Below the pieces are notes generated by a model, which saw nothing but the letters and a program-made list of their open reading frames with translations, did not search any database and was not told the DNA's origin. A stretch of DNA of 24,002 nt from a virus, in the UHGV virus genome UHGV-0067928. One strand, written 5' to 3'. Both the position numbers and the translations under genes were made by a program. Positions within the stretch are counted from its first letter, which is position 1. The number at the start of each line of letters is the position of its first letter. Below, piece after piece: positions 7,131 through 17,972 of the stretch.

Positions 7131-9134
7131 TTTTTGTGATGCCTGTGCGACTCTGGTGAGCGATTGTGTGACCGTACTGATCGCTCTGTCATATGCTGTG
7201 CTACCTTTTGGCGTATTTGCCAGACGTAACAAGGCATTTCGTATAACAGGGCTTTCGTATGCCTTCGCTGCTCCTCCTACGACACCAGCAGCAGGAACAA
7301 CAAACGCAGCCGTTTTTAGCATCCCCGCTAATACTGCTGCGTTTATGATGCCACCACCAACTAACAATCCATAAAGCTGCTGACCATTTAAGTTTTGAAC
7401 GTTCGCTTTTGCCGCGTGTCTTGTATCGTTGAGGTATTTAATAACGCCGTCCAGTTCCTTTCCATGTACGCCTTTAAAGAAAGTTGCTGATTGCTTCCTG
7501 TTCCGGTGTAACGCATTAATAAACTTTTCAACACTAATATTTCCAGACGGATCAGTCGCCTTATCTACAGCATTCTGAACTATGGCTGCTCGTGCGTTTT
7601 GCCTACCATTGTCATCCAGAAGCCTGTAAAGCTGAGAACGTTCTGATGGGTTTTGGCTAAAAACGAGTTTTGTTACATCCTCAGGTGTAGCCTTGCCGCT
7701 GGCTATTGCCTTTTGAACGCGCGTTCTTCCCATCATGTCATTGAATCTAGCCCATGAGCGATCAACCCTAGACATATTGGCAGCTTCTTCTGAGCCTAGT
7801 TTTTGGGATACTGCTTTTTTCATATCCGCTGTATATGCCTTGTAGACAATATCGCTGGCTTTCTGGAGCGTATCTTTATCAACAGTGTCAGATGACGCCA
7901 TAAATCGCTTTCGAAGATCGGTTCTGTTTTCCCTCGCCAGACGCAGGTCATTTGGTCCGCTGGTGATATCGTCTTTAAATTGCTGCAAGACTTTTACCGC
8001 GGCTCTATCCTGAGATTTGCCCGGGCGGCTTAACACGGCAATCTGATTGTCGATAGCTTTTACCGTGTTTGAGAGATCGACAGGGGTATCCCCCATAGCG
8101 TCAATTATGCGGTTATATCGCTTTCCTGCTGCCTCAATGAATTTTTGCTGCCCTTTAGTCGCAGACTCATAAAGCTGTTTATCTGAAATTCCCCCCAGAC
8201 CATCGCTAAATGTTCTGACTAAATTTTCTCGTGCTTGTTGTTGATTCAGTCGGTTCTTACCGGTTCCAAAAAAAGGAACTCTTTCGCCTAATGTTTGGGC
8301 CTGCCCCTGCATAAAGGTTTTATCTTTCAGCGTGTCACTGGTCATTAACGGCAGGTTTCTTTCCGACGCAAAATCGACAGCAGCCTTTGCTTCCGGTGAC
8401 ATCTCACCGCGAACAGCCCTGGAAACCGCACTAACTGTATTTTCCAGCCCCTTGCCAACACCACCAATGCCAGCAGAAATTACCGTTTGTGCAGGATCAA
8501 TATCTTCTCCTCCAGCAAGACTGGTGCCACCCTGTAGTGCTAAATCTGTAGCAGCTGATTTCCCTATGGCACCAAGCACCGTTCCAGCCCTGCCCGCTGG
8601 TGTGAACGCTAACGCATTAGCAAGAAACGAAGTCAGGTCTTGCGGTGATAAACCTGGCTTGTTCAGGGCATAATCACCGGATGGCAGGGAAACGATAGTG
8701 TTACCCTTCTCATCCTGCCTTAATTTCGCCCCCATACTCTGAAGAATCTTTTCCTGAGACGCCTCGGAGCCGAAAAGTTGAGACCATCCAGCCTTCAGGG
8801 CATCCATGCTTAGTGAGTTCAACTCAGGGGCAGCCCCAACATTTTGCAGTCTCTCCATTTCTGGTGTCATTCGGCTTTCACCGGTAACGGCATCGCGCAT
8901 TGCAGCACCTAAAACAGCCCCTTGCTCAGCAGAGCGATCTAGTCCTTCCTTCTGCTGAGTGGCAAGCTGTGTATATCCTGATGCAAGTGAGTTGTCTGCT
9001 GGCGATTGCTGAACACCTTGTTGTGTTGGCGCTGACTGACCAGCAAAATACTCATCAATGGCGGTGCCAATATCTTCCGTGCTCGTACCATCAGGGAAGG
9101 TAAATGTCTTACCGTTTGCAGTTACTTTCATCAT
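7119..9134 (-). CDS. Ejection (E) protein, P22 gp16-like
   Basis: 671-aa ORF in the gp16 position, last gene of the 14-7-20-16 block. Start ATG overlaps the gp20 stop (ATGA). Confidence 0.7.
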   Translation of the reverse strand: MMKVTANGKTFTFPDGTSTEDIGTAIDEYFAGQSAPTQQGVQQSPADNSLASGYTQLATQQKEGLDRSAEQGAVLGAAMRDAVTGESRMTPEMERLQNVGAAPELNSLSMDALKAGWSQLFGSEASQEKILQSMGAKLRQDEKGNTIVSLPSGDYALNKPGLSPQDLTSFLANALAFTPAGRAGTVLGAIGKSAATDLALQGGTSLAGGEDIDPAQTVISAGIGGVGKGLENTVSAVSRAVRGEMSPEAKAAVDFASERNLPLMTSDTLKDKTFMQGQAQTLGERVPFFGTGKNRLNQQQARENLVRTFSDGLGGISDKQLYESATKGQQKFIEAAGKRYNRIIDAMGDTPVDLSNTVKAIDNQIAVLSRPGKSQDRAAVKVLQQFKDDITSGPNDLRLARENRTDLRKRFMASSDTVDKDTLQKASDIVYKAYTADMKKAVSQKLGSEEAANMSRVDRSWARFNDMMGRTRVQKAIASGKATPEDVTKLVFSQNPSERSQLYRLLDDNGRQNARAAIVQNAVDKATDPSGNISVEKFINALHRNRKQSATFFKGVHGKELDGVIKYLNDTRHAAKANVQNLNGQQLYGLLVGGGIINAAVLAGMLKTAAFVVPAAGVVGGAAKAYESPVIRNALLRLANTPKGSTAYDRAISTVTQSLTRVAQASQKETQ

Positions 9135-10582
9135 TCCACCGTAAATTGAATGCCTGATTTTGACGTGTAGCTACCTCCTGCTGATTGCTGAGTAGCTGGC
9201 TGTTGCCTTGATGATTTCTTCCCGCCATTACCAACATTAACGTTATATTGCTGGTTGTAATTGTCGGTATATTGCTGAATGTCGCGCATTGATTGTTGCA
9301 GTGCTTCAGGGCTTGAGAAATCAGGCTTTGGCATACCCTGAAAATACCTATTGGCCTCTGCTTCGGTGTTGATGCCAGATGCCCCCATATCTCGGGCTGC
9401 TGCAATCCCCTGATTTTGCATTTTGCCCATGATTCGCTGTGCAGCGTTGTATAGCGTCCTCTCCTCAACACCAGATGCCCGGCTACGAATATCTGCACCA
9501 AGAGCAAAAGAACCTGAAGAACCTGTAATACCTGTCATGAAGCCAAGATCGTCAATTGATGCGCCAGAAATTGCATCAAGATCTTTCTTCATTTCGTAAT
9601 TCTGTGCATTAGCTGCCGATGTAGCCGGAGCAGCAATAGAACTTGCGGGGACGCGAATCATATTGCCCTCGTTGTCTATTCCTTCGTAGAACGCATTAGC
9701 ACCAGCGCCGTGAAGCTTCCTACCAACCGTTACCGTTCTACCATCTGCCAGTTGCACAACATTCTCCCCGCCAGCAGCAGGACGGCCTCGAACACGAAGA
9801 TATGTCTTTTGTTGCTCTGGAGACAGGCTGTTGAAATATTGATATTCTTTAACAGATGCAGGAACAGCACCTCCAGCAGTGCGCAGAGAGTTTTCACGGC
9901 TAACAGCAATGCTTTGCGCCTGTAAACCTTCCCCAGCTTTATTGCTGCGAATCGTCTCTGCCAACTCGCCGCGCTCAATATCCCGACCTTCCATTCGATC
10001 TTTGATATCGAAGTACTTCTCATGACCGAGAGAAAACAGCGCCAGATTACCTGCGAAATGCTGGAAGCCCTGCGGGTCATTAACCTGCATTTCAGCAATA
10101 GTTTCTGGAGGGATACCTAAACGACGCATCTCCTGCTCATTATCCATCATGAACCTGCCAAATGCGCCCGGACCAAGCGATGAGGCTACCTGTGCTTTGA
10201 GCGCCAGATTGCCATAATCATCCCTTTGAGCATCATCGACATAACTCATCCCTTTACGGACTTCCTCAAACTCTTCTGGGAATGCTGTAATAAGATTACG
10301 CATCTGCTCCCTGTCGCCGGACGCATAAGCATCTGCATAACCTTTCTGGAATGCCGCTTTACGCTCCTGCTGTTGCTGCTGCTTATAAATATCAGCAACT
10401 CCAGCCAGACCTCGAAGACCTGTCAGACCAACGTTATTTGCACCTGAGCGAGCCAGTTCATTGTTTTCGCGGATCAGACCAAGCGTTGCGTTAATGTCGC
10501 TTGCCTTTGGCGCATTCTCATTTTGCGCACCAATTCCAGCCAGAAAACCACCAGAATTAATACCCTGTTGCCACGTAGCCAT
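9131..10582 (-). CDS. Ejection protein, P22 gp20-like
   Basis: 483 aa against about 471 for P22 gp20; Gly/Ala/Gln-rich; positional synteny. Confidence 0.7.
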   Translation of the reverse strand: MATWQQGINSGGFLAGIGAQNENAPKASDINATLGLIRENNELARSGANNVGLTGLRGLAGVADIYKQQQQQERKAAFQKGYADAYASGDREQMRNLITAFPEEFEEVRKGMSYVDDAQRDDYGNLALKAQVASSLGPGAFGRFMMDNEQEMRRLGIPPETIAEMQVNDPQGFQHFAGNLALFSLGHEKYFDIKDRMEGRDIERGELAETIRSNKAGEGLQAQSIAVSRENSLRTAGGAVPASVKEYQYFNSLSPEQQKTYLRVRGRPAAGGENVVQLADGRTVTVGRKLHGAGANAFYEGIDNEGNMIRVPASSIAAPATSAANAQNYEMKKDLDAISGASIDDLGFMTGITGSSGSFALGADIRSRASGVEERTLYNAAQRIMGKMQNQGIAAARDMGASGINTEAEANRYFQGMPKPDFSSPEALQQSMRDIQQYTDNYNQQYNVNVGNGGKKSSRQQPATQQSAGGSYTSKSGIQFTVE

Positions 10583-10592
10583 TGATTACCCC

Positions 10593-11288
10593 TTAATAAA
10601 GCAGTGAACTAAGCAGACCGATACCAGCACCGATACCAGCACCCCACGGAGTTGATGAACCAATTAATTTCGCAAGTCCAGCCCCAGCAATAGCACCAGA
10701 CGCACCCCCGCCAATAGCAGATTGCATTGCTGATGGTCTGTTGGCATTTGCCGCTGCAAGAGCCGCACTTTGCTGCGAAATCTGACTCATGTTGTTGGCA
10801 TATGTCTGCCCGGCGTTTGCCTGACCTTGCAGTGCGCCAAGACCAATATTTGCCAGATTCTGGTAGTTGTTCATCTGACCAGATAGCCATTGCTGACCAA
10901 GCGTTGGTGCGATTGTTGCTAACTGATTACTGGTTGCGGTGGAACCTAATCCACCTGTTGCTTCCGCTGCCGCCAGACTCTGATAGCGAGCCTGACCAGC
11001 AAGATCTTTGTACTGCTGAGAGTTGTAATACTGGTTAAGCGCCTGACCTTGCCCCTCCAGAGACGATAAGTTCTCGAGGCTGCCGACATACTTCTCAGCC
11101 AGAGGAGTAAACGGCTTCAGGTTATTCATGATGGTGTTGAACTGCTGATTTTGCAGGTCTGCGGCATACTTCTGAGCTTCTGCTGCATACTTTGCGCTTT
11201 TATCAGAACTGCCACCTTTCCCGCCTTTTTCAGGGCAATAAGGTTCCTCGCCGCGCAGTTTTCTGCCCAGCTTAAATGCATATAACAT
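10593..11288 (-). CDS. Ejection protein, P22 gp7-like
   Basis: 231 aa against about 229 for P22 gp7; Q/A/G-rich with a hydrophobic C-terminus; synteny. Confidence 0.65.
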   Translation of the reverse strand: MLYAFKLGRKLRGEEPYCPEKGGKGGSSDKSAKYAAEAQKYAADLQNQQFNTIMNNLKPFTPLAEKYVGSLENLSSLEGQGQALNQYYNSQQYKDLAGQARYQSLAAAEATGGLGSTATSNQLATIAPTLGQQWLSGQMNNYQNLANIGLGALQGQANAGQTYANNMSQISQQSAALAAANANRPSAMQSAIGGGASGAIAGAGLAKLIGSSTPWGAGIGAGIGLLSSLLY

Positions 11289-11290
11289 GG

Positions 11291-11746
11291 CTATCTCCCG
11301 TGATTCAGGAAGTCGATTAGTTCTTCGCGTGTGGCGCTGTAAAAAGTCACGTCATCCACGCCTTTAAAGTATTTCTTGATGGTTCCTACACGCTTAAGGC
11401 CAATCATTGCGCAGTACATCTGACCGTGGCGGAATTTGCGTGCAGCGAACGATGTGACGCACTGAACGGTGGTGTTAGTCAGAATGTATCGCCAGAACGC
11501 CAGCCCGATTTCCTTGCTGAAGCCGCGAATCTCTGGCAGGTACATGGCGTGGCAATCGAATGTCAGCGGCTGAATCTCCTGATAGTAAACAATGCCGCCG
11601 AACTGCCCGTGCACGTTCACCTCAAAGTAACGGCATTCAGGTTTGTAGTCGTATCCATCGCCGTTGTTGCTCCCGGCGATAATGTCAGGGTGATTTCCTA
11701 CTGCTTCGATCAGGTCGATGTTTCGCGTTGGTTTGAATGTAATCAT
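11291..11746 (-). CDS. P22 gp14-like protein
   Basis: 151-aa ORF directly downstream of gp26, with start overlapping the gp26 stop (ATGA). Assigned by position only. Confidence 0.55.
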   Translation of the reverse strand: MITFKPTRNIDLIEAVGNHPDIIAGSNNGDGYDYKPECRYFEVNVHGQFGGIVYYQEIQPLTFDCHAMYLPEIRGFSKEIGLAFWRYILTNTTVQCVTSFAARKFRHGQMYCAMIGLKRVGTIKKYFKGVDDVTFYSATREELIDFLNHGR

Positions 11747-12447
11747 CAGTCAATCAGCCCATGTAATCTAAGTGCTGTTTCAAGCGCCAGAATACGCTGC
11801 CGCGCCTGCTGCAAACCTGTAGCGAGAGCCGCGACTTCGGATTGCGTGTACGTAGTGCCGACCGTGTATGACTGGTTAGCGTTGAATGAGCCAAGAAGAG
11901 GTGTACCTGTGGCTGCAGTCCATCCGGTCTGCCTTGCTCCAACGACCTGAATTCCATCAACTGAATATGATGTTTTTACATCCAGCGGTGACGCAAGAGA
12001 CTGCGATTCGGTTACGGTTTTCGATACGTAATCACTCTTAATGTCAGATACATCGCTTTCTACGCCATCCAGTCTTTGGTCAACAGTGACCAGATGCGCC
12101 TGAATATCGATAACCTCATCCAGCAAGTAATCAACATCGCTACGCAGTACGACTATCTTCCCTTCGGCGGTTGTTAACCTGACCTCAAGGAGATTTATCG
12201 CTTTTGTGTTTGCGGTGATTCTTGCATCGTGGTCAGCCAGTTCGACATCCTGTTCATCGTTTTTCACCTGAGCATCGTAAGCGCCCTGACCAGCCTGATT
12301 TGCCTTCCCGGCAATTGCGCCGACATCAGCCCCCTGATTAATGACATACAGCAGGTAAGACTGGCTGAAGATATTGCGTGGAAGGATTGATGTATCGAGT
12401 CGTGTAGCCTGAATTGTTACCGGCTCATTGAGATTCGAATCAGCCAT
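11746..12447 (-). CDS. Tail needle protein, P22 gp26-like
   Basis: [25 protein letters not shown]...[30 protein letters not shown]...[13 protein letters not shown] follows P22 gp26 along its length (233 aa). Start chosen at the ATG at 12447, which has GGAGG 7 nt upstream. Confidence 0.85.
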   Translation of the reverse strand: MADSNLNEPVTIQATRLDTSILPRNIFSQSYLLYVINQGADVGAIAGKANQAGQGAYDAQVKNDEQDVELADHDARITANTKAINLLEVRLTTAEGKIVVLRSDVDYLLDEVIDIQAHLVTVDQRLDGVESDVSDIKSDYVSKTVTESQSLASPLDVKTSYSVDGIQVVGARQTGWTAATGTPLLGSFNANQSYTVGTTYTQSEVAALATGLQQARQRILALETALRLHGLID

Positions 12448-12985
12448 TAACATGCCTCCACGATTTACCAGACTGGATATTGTGAATCACCGTCTGACTG
12501 ACACAGTATTTTTTAGCAAGCTCTCTTTGATTAACTCCCTTTGATTTCTTTATTTCTATTACTTGCTCATATGAGAGCTTTGAAATTGGATTATTTTCTC
12601 CTTTTAAAGCCGGAAACTTCACCCTGCCTTGAGATGAGCAATGCTTCATATTCTCCTTTTGAGTACACCACTCTAAATTAGAAGCATTATTATTTTTTCG
12701 GTTGTTATCTATGTGATTTATGAACGGCTTGCCTTCTGGATTGGGGACGAAAGCAAGAGCGACAAGCCTATGCACAAGCCATTTTACTTTAACTCCATCA
12801 ACACTAAGTGGCAAATATAGATAACCTTTATTATTCTCGTGTTGTTTTAGCCACCGACCCTTTCTGAGTTGCGTGCTGCCATGAGCAGCCTTAACAACAC
12901 GTGAGTGAGAATATACTCGCCCATCCTCTGTTACGGCATATAAACCTTCATATCCAGGAATATCTTTTGCGTTTTCACTCAACAT
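12440..12985 (-). CDS. HNH homing endonuclease (NUMOD4-like N-terminus plus HNH motif)
   Basis: N-terminus [18 protein letters not shown] and HNH core [23 protein letters not shown]; SD AAAGGAG. Lies between gp10 and gp26, which are adjacent in P22. 3' end overlaps the gp26 start. Confidence 0.8.
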   Translation of the reverse strand: MLSENAKDIPGYEGLYAVTEDGRVYSHSRVVKAAHGSTQLRKGRWLKQHENNKGYLYLPLSVDGVKVKWLVHRLVALAFVPNPEGKPFINHIDNNRKNNNASNLEWCTQKENMKHCSSQGRVKFPALKGENNPISKLSYEQVIEIKKSKGVNQRELAKKYCVSQTVIHNIQSGKSWRHVNG

Positions 12986-13005
12986 ATCTACTCCTTTAGT
13001 TTCGA
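12845..13005. repeat. Direct repeat copy A (5' end and leader of HNH gene)
   Basis: About 160 bp that are near-identical to 14815-14985, including an identical ~47-nt run CCTTTCTGAGTTGCGTGCTGCCATGAGCAGCCTTAACAACACGTGAG. Confidence 0.7.
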
Positions 13006-13006
13006 T

Positions 13007-14425
13007 TTATGTTACACGAATAGAAAGGCCTGATAATGTAACAGGACCTTTTGCAATAACTCTGAATTTAAATCCAATGAGGCGTCTAACTCGACCAACT
13101 TTTCGCCATAAAACGCGATTGTCATATACAAATGGTTTTTGTAATACGACCATTTGCTCACGACCGTAATTAATTCCATCTGTAGTTGCTGATATAAATA
13201 TTCTATCTATTCTATCACACACGCCGCCAGATGTTTCTAATTCAAGGTCATTTATTAAAACGTTATCTGCCTTTATTAAAGGAGAATATAAAATATGTTC
13301 CTGTTGCTTGTCGTACTGGCTGCTGATGTCGAATTGCAATTTCCCGGTCACGGACTCCAGCTTATCGCCGCACGTTATCTGATTGCCTTCGTAAATGAAG
13401 TCGATAGCGCGGTACACATCGTCATACAGGCCTGTTTTCAACACACACCATTGCGGACCATTGGCGCTTGAAGATGCGTCGTACACCAGAACATGGCGCG
13501 GAAGATGGATAATCAGCAGCTCATGCGCATCAAATCGCAGCGATTCCATCACGCCATCAGCCAGTTCATCAGCAGTGTAGGAGCGGAGGATTTTCTCAAT
13601 GCTCGCGCTGGCGATTGGTGACACCTGACCTGAGCCGATGATGTATACAGACGGCGCACCTGTTGCCGGATTGCTGATGAACGCATACGAATCAGCGAAT
13701 GGAGTTTTGCAATAAGTCCCAGCAATACCTTTCTGCACCATCAGCGATGGCTGTGCGACATACAAAGCGGCACCAACAGTGGTTGCACCAGTCAGGGAGA
13801 AATATTCAATAGTCGATGAACCAAAGCAGACGATGAAGTCTCGCCATGTCCCGATACCGATGATGCCGTCCGGCTGAGACTCGGCACGATATTGTGCACT
13901 GTAGCGGTCAGGATGCGATTCGTCTTCAAGGTCAGTGATAAACCATGAATCCGTGCCGTCTTTTGACCACGCATAACGCCCACGTAAGCGTGTAATGTCG
14001 CGGACTGAACCTAACTCATACTGAGTGAATCCGCTGTCTGTAGGCCAGTTTGAGACGGTTTTAACCGTGCCATCATAACGATACTCGACCAGTTGACCAT
14101 TAACGCCTACAGCCTGAGATGTCCGACCATGAGCCATTGATACTCGACCACTTCCGGCAACATCACCGACCTCACTTTCGCCCTTATACAGTTTGCCACC
14201 ACACACGCGATAAACAGCATTCTGCGCCATGTTGTACTCGACGCCGCGAGATACACCGTTCACATCAGAGCGTTTGGCAATGCCCGGGAATGAGCGAAGA
14301 TATCCCGATGAATTCAACACCTCCTTGGGCGTAGCTAAAAGATTGACTGGAAGTTGGTCTATATAATCAGCATTAACCGCACTTTTCCCCAATCCCTTCA
14401 TTAGTGGTAGTTGTTGTATTGCCAT
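13007..14425 (-). CDS. Tail hub protein, P22 gp10-like
   Basis: 472 aa, the same length as P22 gp10; N-terminus MAIQQLPLMKGLGK...ADYID..LPVNLLATPKEVLNSSGYLRSFPGIAKR matches the gp10 family. Confidence 0.85.
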   Translation of the reverse strand: MAIQQLPLMKGLGKSAVNADYIDQLPVNLLATPKEVLNSSGYLRSFPGIAKRSDVNGVSRGVEYNMAQNAVYRVCGGKLYKGESEVGDVAGSGRVSMAHGRTSQAVGVNGQLVEYRYDGTVKTVSNWPTDSGFTQYELGSVRDITRLRGRYAWSKDGTDSWFITDLEDESHPDRYSAQYRAESQPDGIIGIGTWRDFIVCFGSSTIEYFSLTGATTVGAALYVAQPSLMVQKGIAGTYCKTPFADSYAFISNPATGAPSVYIIGSGQVSPIASASIEKILRSYTADELADGVMESLRFDAHELLIIHLPRHVLVYDASSSANGPQWCVLKTGLYDDVYRAIDFIYEGNQITCGDKLESVTGKLQFDISSQYDKQQEHILYSPLIKADNVLINDLELETSGGVCDRIDRIFISATTDGINYGREQMVVLQKPFVYDNRVLWRKVGRVRRLIGFKFRVIAKGPVTLSGLSIRVT

Positions 14426-14957
14426 TGGAATCAGCCTTTATATGAACCCAGTTAGCATCACGCTTTAGCCTACTTGCCCAGGTCTTAGATATTCCGTACT
14501 TAGCCGCAATTACTGACAAGCTTTCTTTTGATGACTTGATTGCAAGAACATCGTCATCACTCAACTTGTGCTTTGGGTGCTTGGTTCCGAAAAACTTGAT
14601 TGGTTTCTTTAATCCGGTGGCGTATGCATGTTTGATGTTTTCGCTTTGAGTGCACCACTCAAGATTATTGACGTTATTATTGAGTGGATTGCCATCAATA
14701 TGATTTACCTGAGGCTTGTTTTCAGGATTTGGCAGGAATGTCATTGCAACGATTCGATGGGCAAAAGTCCATTTTGCTCCGATATTATAAAGCACCCTTC
14801 CCTGATTTATTTTAGGCTTTAACCAGCGCCCCTTTCTGAGTTGCGTGCTGCCATGAGCAGCCTTAACAACACGTGAGCGAGAATACACCCTGCCATCTTC
14901 TGTTACGGCATAAACACCTTCAAATCCAGGTATATCTTTAGCATTCTCAGAAAGCAT
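14373..14957 (-). CDS. HNH homing endonuclease (paralog of 12440-12985)
   Basis: First ~47 residues almost identical to the other HNH gene; HNH core NHIDGNPLNNNVNNLEWCTQSEN; SD AAGGAG. Inserted between gp4 and gp10, with its 3' end overlapping the gp10 start by 53 nt. Confidence 0.8.
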   Translation of the reverse strand: MLSENAKDIPGFEGVYAVTEDGRVYSRSRVVKAAHGSTQLRKGRWLKPKINQGRVLYNIGAKWTFAHRIVAMTFLPNPENKPQVNHIDGNPLNNNVNNLEWCTQSENIKHAYATGLKKPIKFFGTKHPKHKLSDDDVLAIKSSKESLSVIAAKYGISKTWASRLKRDANWVHIKADSNGNTTTTTNEGIGEKCG

Positions 14958-14985
14958 ATCTACTCCTTAAAGTTTCGATTTTTCA
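14815..14985. repeat. Direct repeat copy B (5' end and leader of HNH gene)
   Basis: Partner of 12845-13005. Confidence 0.7.
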
Positions 14986-14993
14986 TGTACTTA

Positions 14994-15098
14994 TTATATC
15001 AAAATTGCCAGCATATTCACTGGCAGATAGTCGATATAGTCGGCGTTTCGAAAGTCTTTGCCGACACCTTTCATAAGCGGAAGTTGCTGAATAGGCAT
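14994..15098 (-). pseudogene. Relic 5' end of gp10 (34 codons) stranded upstream of the HNH insertion
   Basis: Translates to MPIQQLPLMKGVGKDFRNADYIDYLPVNMLAILI-stop, with its own SD AGGTGA, 8 nt after the gp4 stop. Homologous to the N-terminus of the intact gp10 at 14425. Confidence 0.6.
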
Positions 15099-15106
15099 TT
15101 ATTCAC

Positions 15107-15589
15107 CTATGCGTTTGGGATATCGCCATCAATCAGAGGGAGATCGCCTGGATAATATCGGTCAGATGTGAACACGTCATATTTATTACCCTGTCCTACA
15201 GGAAAATCTCCACGTCGTCGTATTGAAGGAACAACCAGAGTGTCGGTAATCAAGGCATCATATGAGCGTTGGGCGTTACTGAGAACTTGCTGAGTTGGTT
15301 CAAGGCTGTAATCAGATAGCATTCTCAGCAATAACTGATAGCCTACTGCGTGTTTGTATTTTCTTGGAAGACCTGACTCATCATCTGGTAATGGCTGATC
15401 ATCTCCAGTTGCGAAAGCGTAACCAATGTCGCCGGGGTTAATCATCCACTCGGACATCATATCTTCCAGATCATTTACACCATCTTCAATTGATTGCGGC
15501 TCAACATCAGTCAGCGATGCGTTAGAAGCAATAGCAAACTTACGAAGCGCAAAAAGGACGATCTCACCCTTTGTCAGTACTGTTGCCAT
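15107..15589 (-). CDS. Head completion / tail adaptor protein, P22 gp4-like
   Basis: ALRKFAIASNASLTDVEPQSIEDGVNDLEDMMSEW matches the P22 gp4 N-terminal pattern; 160 aa. Confidence 0.85.
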   Translation of the reverse strand: MATVLTKGEIVLFALRKFAIASNASLTDVEPQSIEDGVNDLEDMMSEWMINPGDIGYAFATGDDQPLPDDESGLPRKYKHAVGYQLLLRMLSDYSLEPTQQVLSNAQRSYDALITDTLVVPSIRRRGDFPVGQGNKYDVFTSDRYYPGDLPLIDGDIPNA

Positions 15590-15749
15590 TGTCTGCCGCC
15601 TTACGACCTCGCTTACTGGTCGGTTTCAATTCATCAACTGAGGCAACAAAGCCCAACTTTTCGAAAAACTTGAAGTCTTTTTCTGTGATAACGGCCTGTA
15701 CATGCCCGGATTCGTTATCTGCGGCAAGGAATACACTCATGCGATCCAT
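15564..15749 (-). CDS. Small hypothetical protein (61 aa) between coat and gp4
   Basis: SD AAGGA 6 nt upstream of the ATG, directly after the coat terminator. Overlaps the gp4 start by 26 nt. No homology recognised. Confidence 0.4.
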   Translation of the reverse strand: MDRMSVFLAADNESGHVQAVITEKDFKFFEKLGFVASVDELKPTSKRGRKAADNGNSTDKG

Positions 15750-15760
15750 ATTGTTTCCTT

Positions 15761-15787
15761 AAAACATAAAAGGGGCGTAAGCCCCTT
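15761..15787 (-). terminator. Intrinsic terminator immediately downstream of the coat gene
   Basis: Minus strand: AAGGGGC-TTAC-GCCCCTT followed by TTTATGTTTT. Confidence 0.6.
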
Positions 15788-15791
15788 GTTA

Positions 15792-17063
15792 TTACGGATT
15801 ACCGAAGAACTGACCGCCCATGTGAGGGTTAAAGCACACATATGCAGGCAGTAAGTCGAAGCGCATTTTTTGCACGTTGGCATCGCCATCTGCGTATTTA
15901 TGTACGCGGATGGAGAAACCTTCATATGTTGCAACAGCAGAATCAATACTGTGCAGTTTCGGCAGTGGGATAGAGCCAAGTCCACAGAAGAACTTGTTAT
16001 AGAACAGGTTTGGCTTCATTGTCTGGCTAGCAGTGCCTACTACAGATACGGCATCGCCTGCCGCTACCTGACGACTTACAGAGTTGTACTGCGGGTTTGT
16101 AGTGTCATAAATCGGAACACCAGAAAGCGTAACCGTCACATCGCCACTGCTGTCTGAATCAGCATCAGCAGTAACCGTTGCAGTGAAGCTAATTGGTGTG
16201 GCTCCGTTATACAACGCCTGTTTGGTCTGCTGTTGCAGCCAGTAGGTATTGGTGAATTTAACCTGATCACCAGCTTTCAGGAAAGCTGTAACGCTGGTTG
16301 TCGCTCCGGTCAATGTTACAGTGAACTGGTATGAGTCTTTAACTGCGTTATAGGTAACAGTTGGCTGTGTTTTGACTGTCAGTGTTCCGCCAAATGCCCC
16401 CTGCGTACGAGAGGCAAGCCCATTAGACATCAGTGCGCGAATGCCGCCAAAATTGGTTGGGATCTGCGCATTCTCCCATGCAGTACGAACCAATTGATCT
16501 GAAGCGTGCAAACCAGTCTGCGCATCAGCAAGTCGCTGTGCAGACCATGGATCCATTACAGCATAGTTTTCACCTTCATTAACGCCGAGGTCTTTCAGGA
16601 AAGATGCCGTCTGCGCAACATCAGACCATTTGGTGATTGGAGTATTTGGGCTACCAAGTGACAACGCACCGTTATTCATCATGAAGTGAGCAAGCTCTGT
16701 TTCAAGGTCGGTAACGATTCGCTGGCGAACAGGCGCGAGAATTTCTTCCAGTTGGTTAAGCTTGATCGCTTCCTCCAGTTGCTGATATTCAACAGCAACA
16801 GTGATGTAGTTACCTACACGCCCCGTAGCTTTACCTGAGATCAGGTTGTTTTTATTTTGCCCTGAAATATCACCAGTGGGAGTACGGAGGGATGAGAATT
16901 GATGCGGACGTTTAAAGCTAACGCTATCGCCAGTGCTGGAGTTGATTTCACCTGCCAGCAACTGACGGTCTACGGTTTTCGCCAGAACTAAATCTGACAT
17001 AAAACCCGGAAGGAATTTTTTCAGAACGATTTGACTGACGTTACTATCGAGATTGTTATGCAT
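15792..17063 (-). CDS. Major capsid (coat) protein
   Basis: 423-aa ORF immediately downstream of scaffold and upstream of gp4, as in P22-like head modules, followed by a strong terminator. Assigned by synteny and size. Confidence 0.7.
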   Translation of the reverse strand: MHNNLDSNVSQIVLKKFLPGFMSDLVLAKTVDRQLLAGEINSSTGDSVSFKRPHQFSSLRTPTGDISGQNKNNLISGKATGRVGNYITVAVEYQQLEEAIKLNQLEEILAPVRQRIVTDLETELAHFMMNNGALSLGSPNTPITKWSDVAQTASFLKDLGVNEGENYAVMDPWSAQRLADAQTGLHASDQLVRTAWENAQIPTNFGGIRALMSNGLASRTQGAFGGTLTVKTQPTVTYNAVKDSYQFTVTLTGATTSVTAFLKAGDQVKFTNTYWLQQQTKQALYNGATPISFTATVTADADSDSSGDVTVTLSGVPIYDTTNPQYNSVSRQVAAGDAVSVVGTASQTMKPNLFYNKFFCGLGSIPLPKLHSIDSAVATYEGFSIRVHKYADGDANVQKMRFDLLPAYVCFNPHMGGQFFGNP

Positions 17064-17074
17064 TTATCTTTTCC

Positions 17075-17959
17075 TTATTCGATTTTTGCGCCGGGGCATA
17101 ATTTGTTGAATTCGTCTTGTTTCGCATCAGCACCGCCACCACGTACTTCCGGCTCTGGCTTGATGGCTTTCTTTGGTTTTGGAGCAAGGCTTACCTGTTT
17201 GCTAATCTGCCCCAAGAGGAATGCTGCGCGAATTGGATCTGTCTCAGCGGCTACACGCTGGCGTAATTGCTGGCTCTTACCTAAGCCATAGGCGAGTAGT
17301 TCAGAGCCTTCGTCTGCACAGTGAATGATGATTTCCTGCTGAATTGGTGGTAGCTCACTAAGAACAATGGCTTCCATTTCCTGATAATCTTTCACAGGAA
17401 GTTTGGCTGCCCGTTGTTTATGCGCTTCTACCCTTTGCTGGAAACGCTGCTGGTATTCCTGTTGCTGACGTAGTTTTTGTTGCTGCTGCTGTTCGACACG
17501 GCCTTTTTTCTCATGCCAATCAGTCAATGCCTGTTCAAACGCCTGTTCGTCATAATCACACGACTCAAGAGTCGGTTTTGGTGGAATAGCGTCTGGTTGT
17601 GGTTGCTGATGTTCCGCAGGCTTGGCTAATGCTTCCTCAAGCTGGCGTCGCAACTCACGGTTTTCTTTCTGTGTTTCTTTGAAGCCTTTGCGAAGATCTT
17701 TCACCCATTGCGGTGCAGGTTGCCCGTCAATGTGATCATCATCGTCAGCGTTAAGCTGAATTTCTTCATCACCAATACGCAAGGCGTAATCTTCTGGTGT
17801 CTCTTCGGTTTTTTCAGGATCAGTTGCCATCTCTTTTCCGTTGTCATCCTGGCTTTCATTCTCAGGCTGTGACTCTGTTTGGATGATGGTTTCTTCTGCA
17901 TTTTCCTGTGTTTCAGACAGGTCAATAACCTGACCGTCGATGATCAGTTCGTTTTCCAT
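17075..17959 (-). CDS. Scaffolding protein
   Basis: 294 aa, acidic N-terminus, Q/E-rich coiled-coil centre, basic C-terminus; sits between portal and coat; SD AGGAG. Confidence 0.65.
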   Translation of the reverse strand: MENELIIDGQVIDLSETQENAEETIIQTESQPENESQDDNGKEMATDPEKTEETPEDYALRIGDEEIQLNADDDDHIDGQPAPQWVKDLRKGFKETQKENRELRRQLEEALAKPAEHQQPQPDAIPPKPTLESCDYDEQAFEQALTDWHEKKGRVEQQQQQKLRQQQEYQQRFQQRVEAHKQRAAKLPVKDYQEMEAIVLSELPPIQQEIIIHCADEGSELLAYGLGKSQQLRQRVAAETDPIRAAFLLGQISKQVSLAPKPKKAIKPEPEVRGGGADAKQDEFNKLCPGAKIE

Positions 17960-17972
17960 TGATTACTCCTGG

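Noticed and set aside
8332-11038. Plus-strand and alternative-frame ORFs inside gp16, gp20 and gp7 (for example 8332-8673, 9710-9925, 10609-10890, 10727-11038)
   Set aside because: They overlap strongly supported late genes; their Cys/Trp/Ser-rich products are typical of out-of-frame reading of Gly/Ala/Gln-rich genes.
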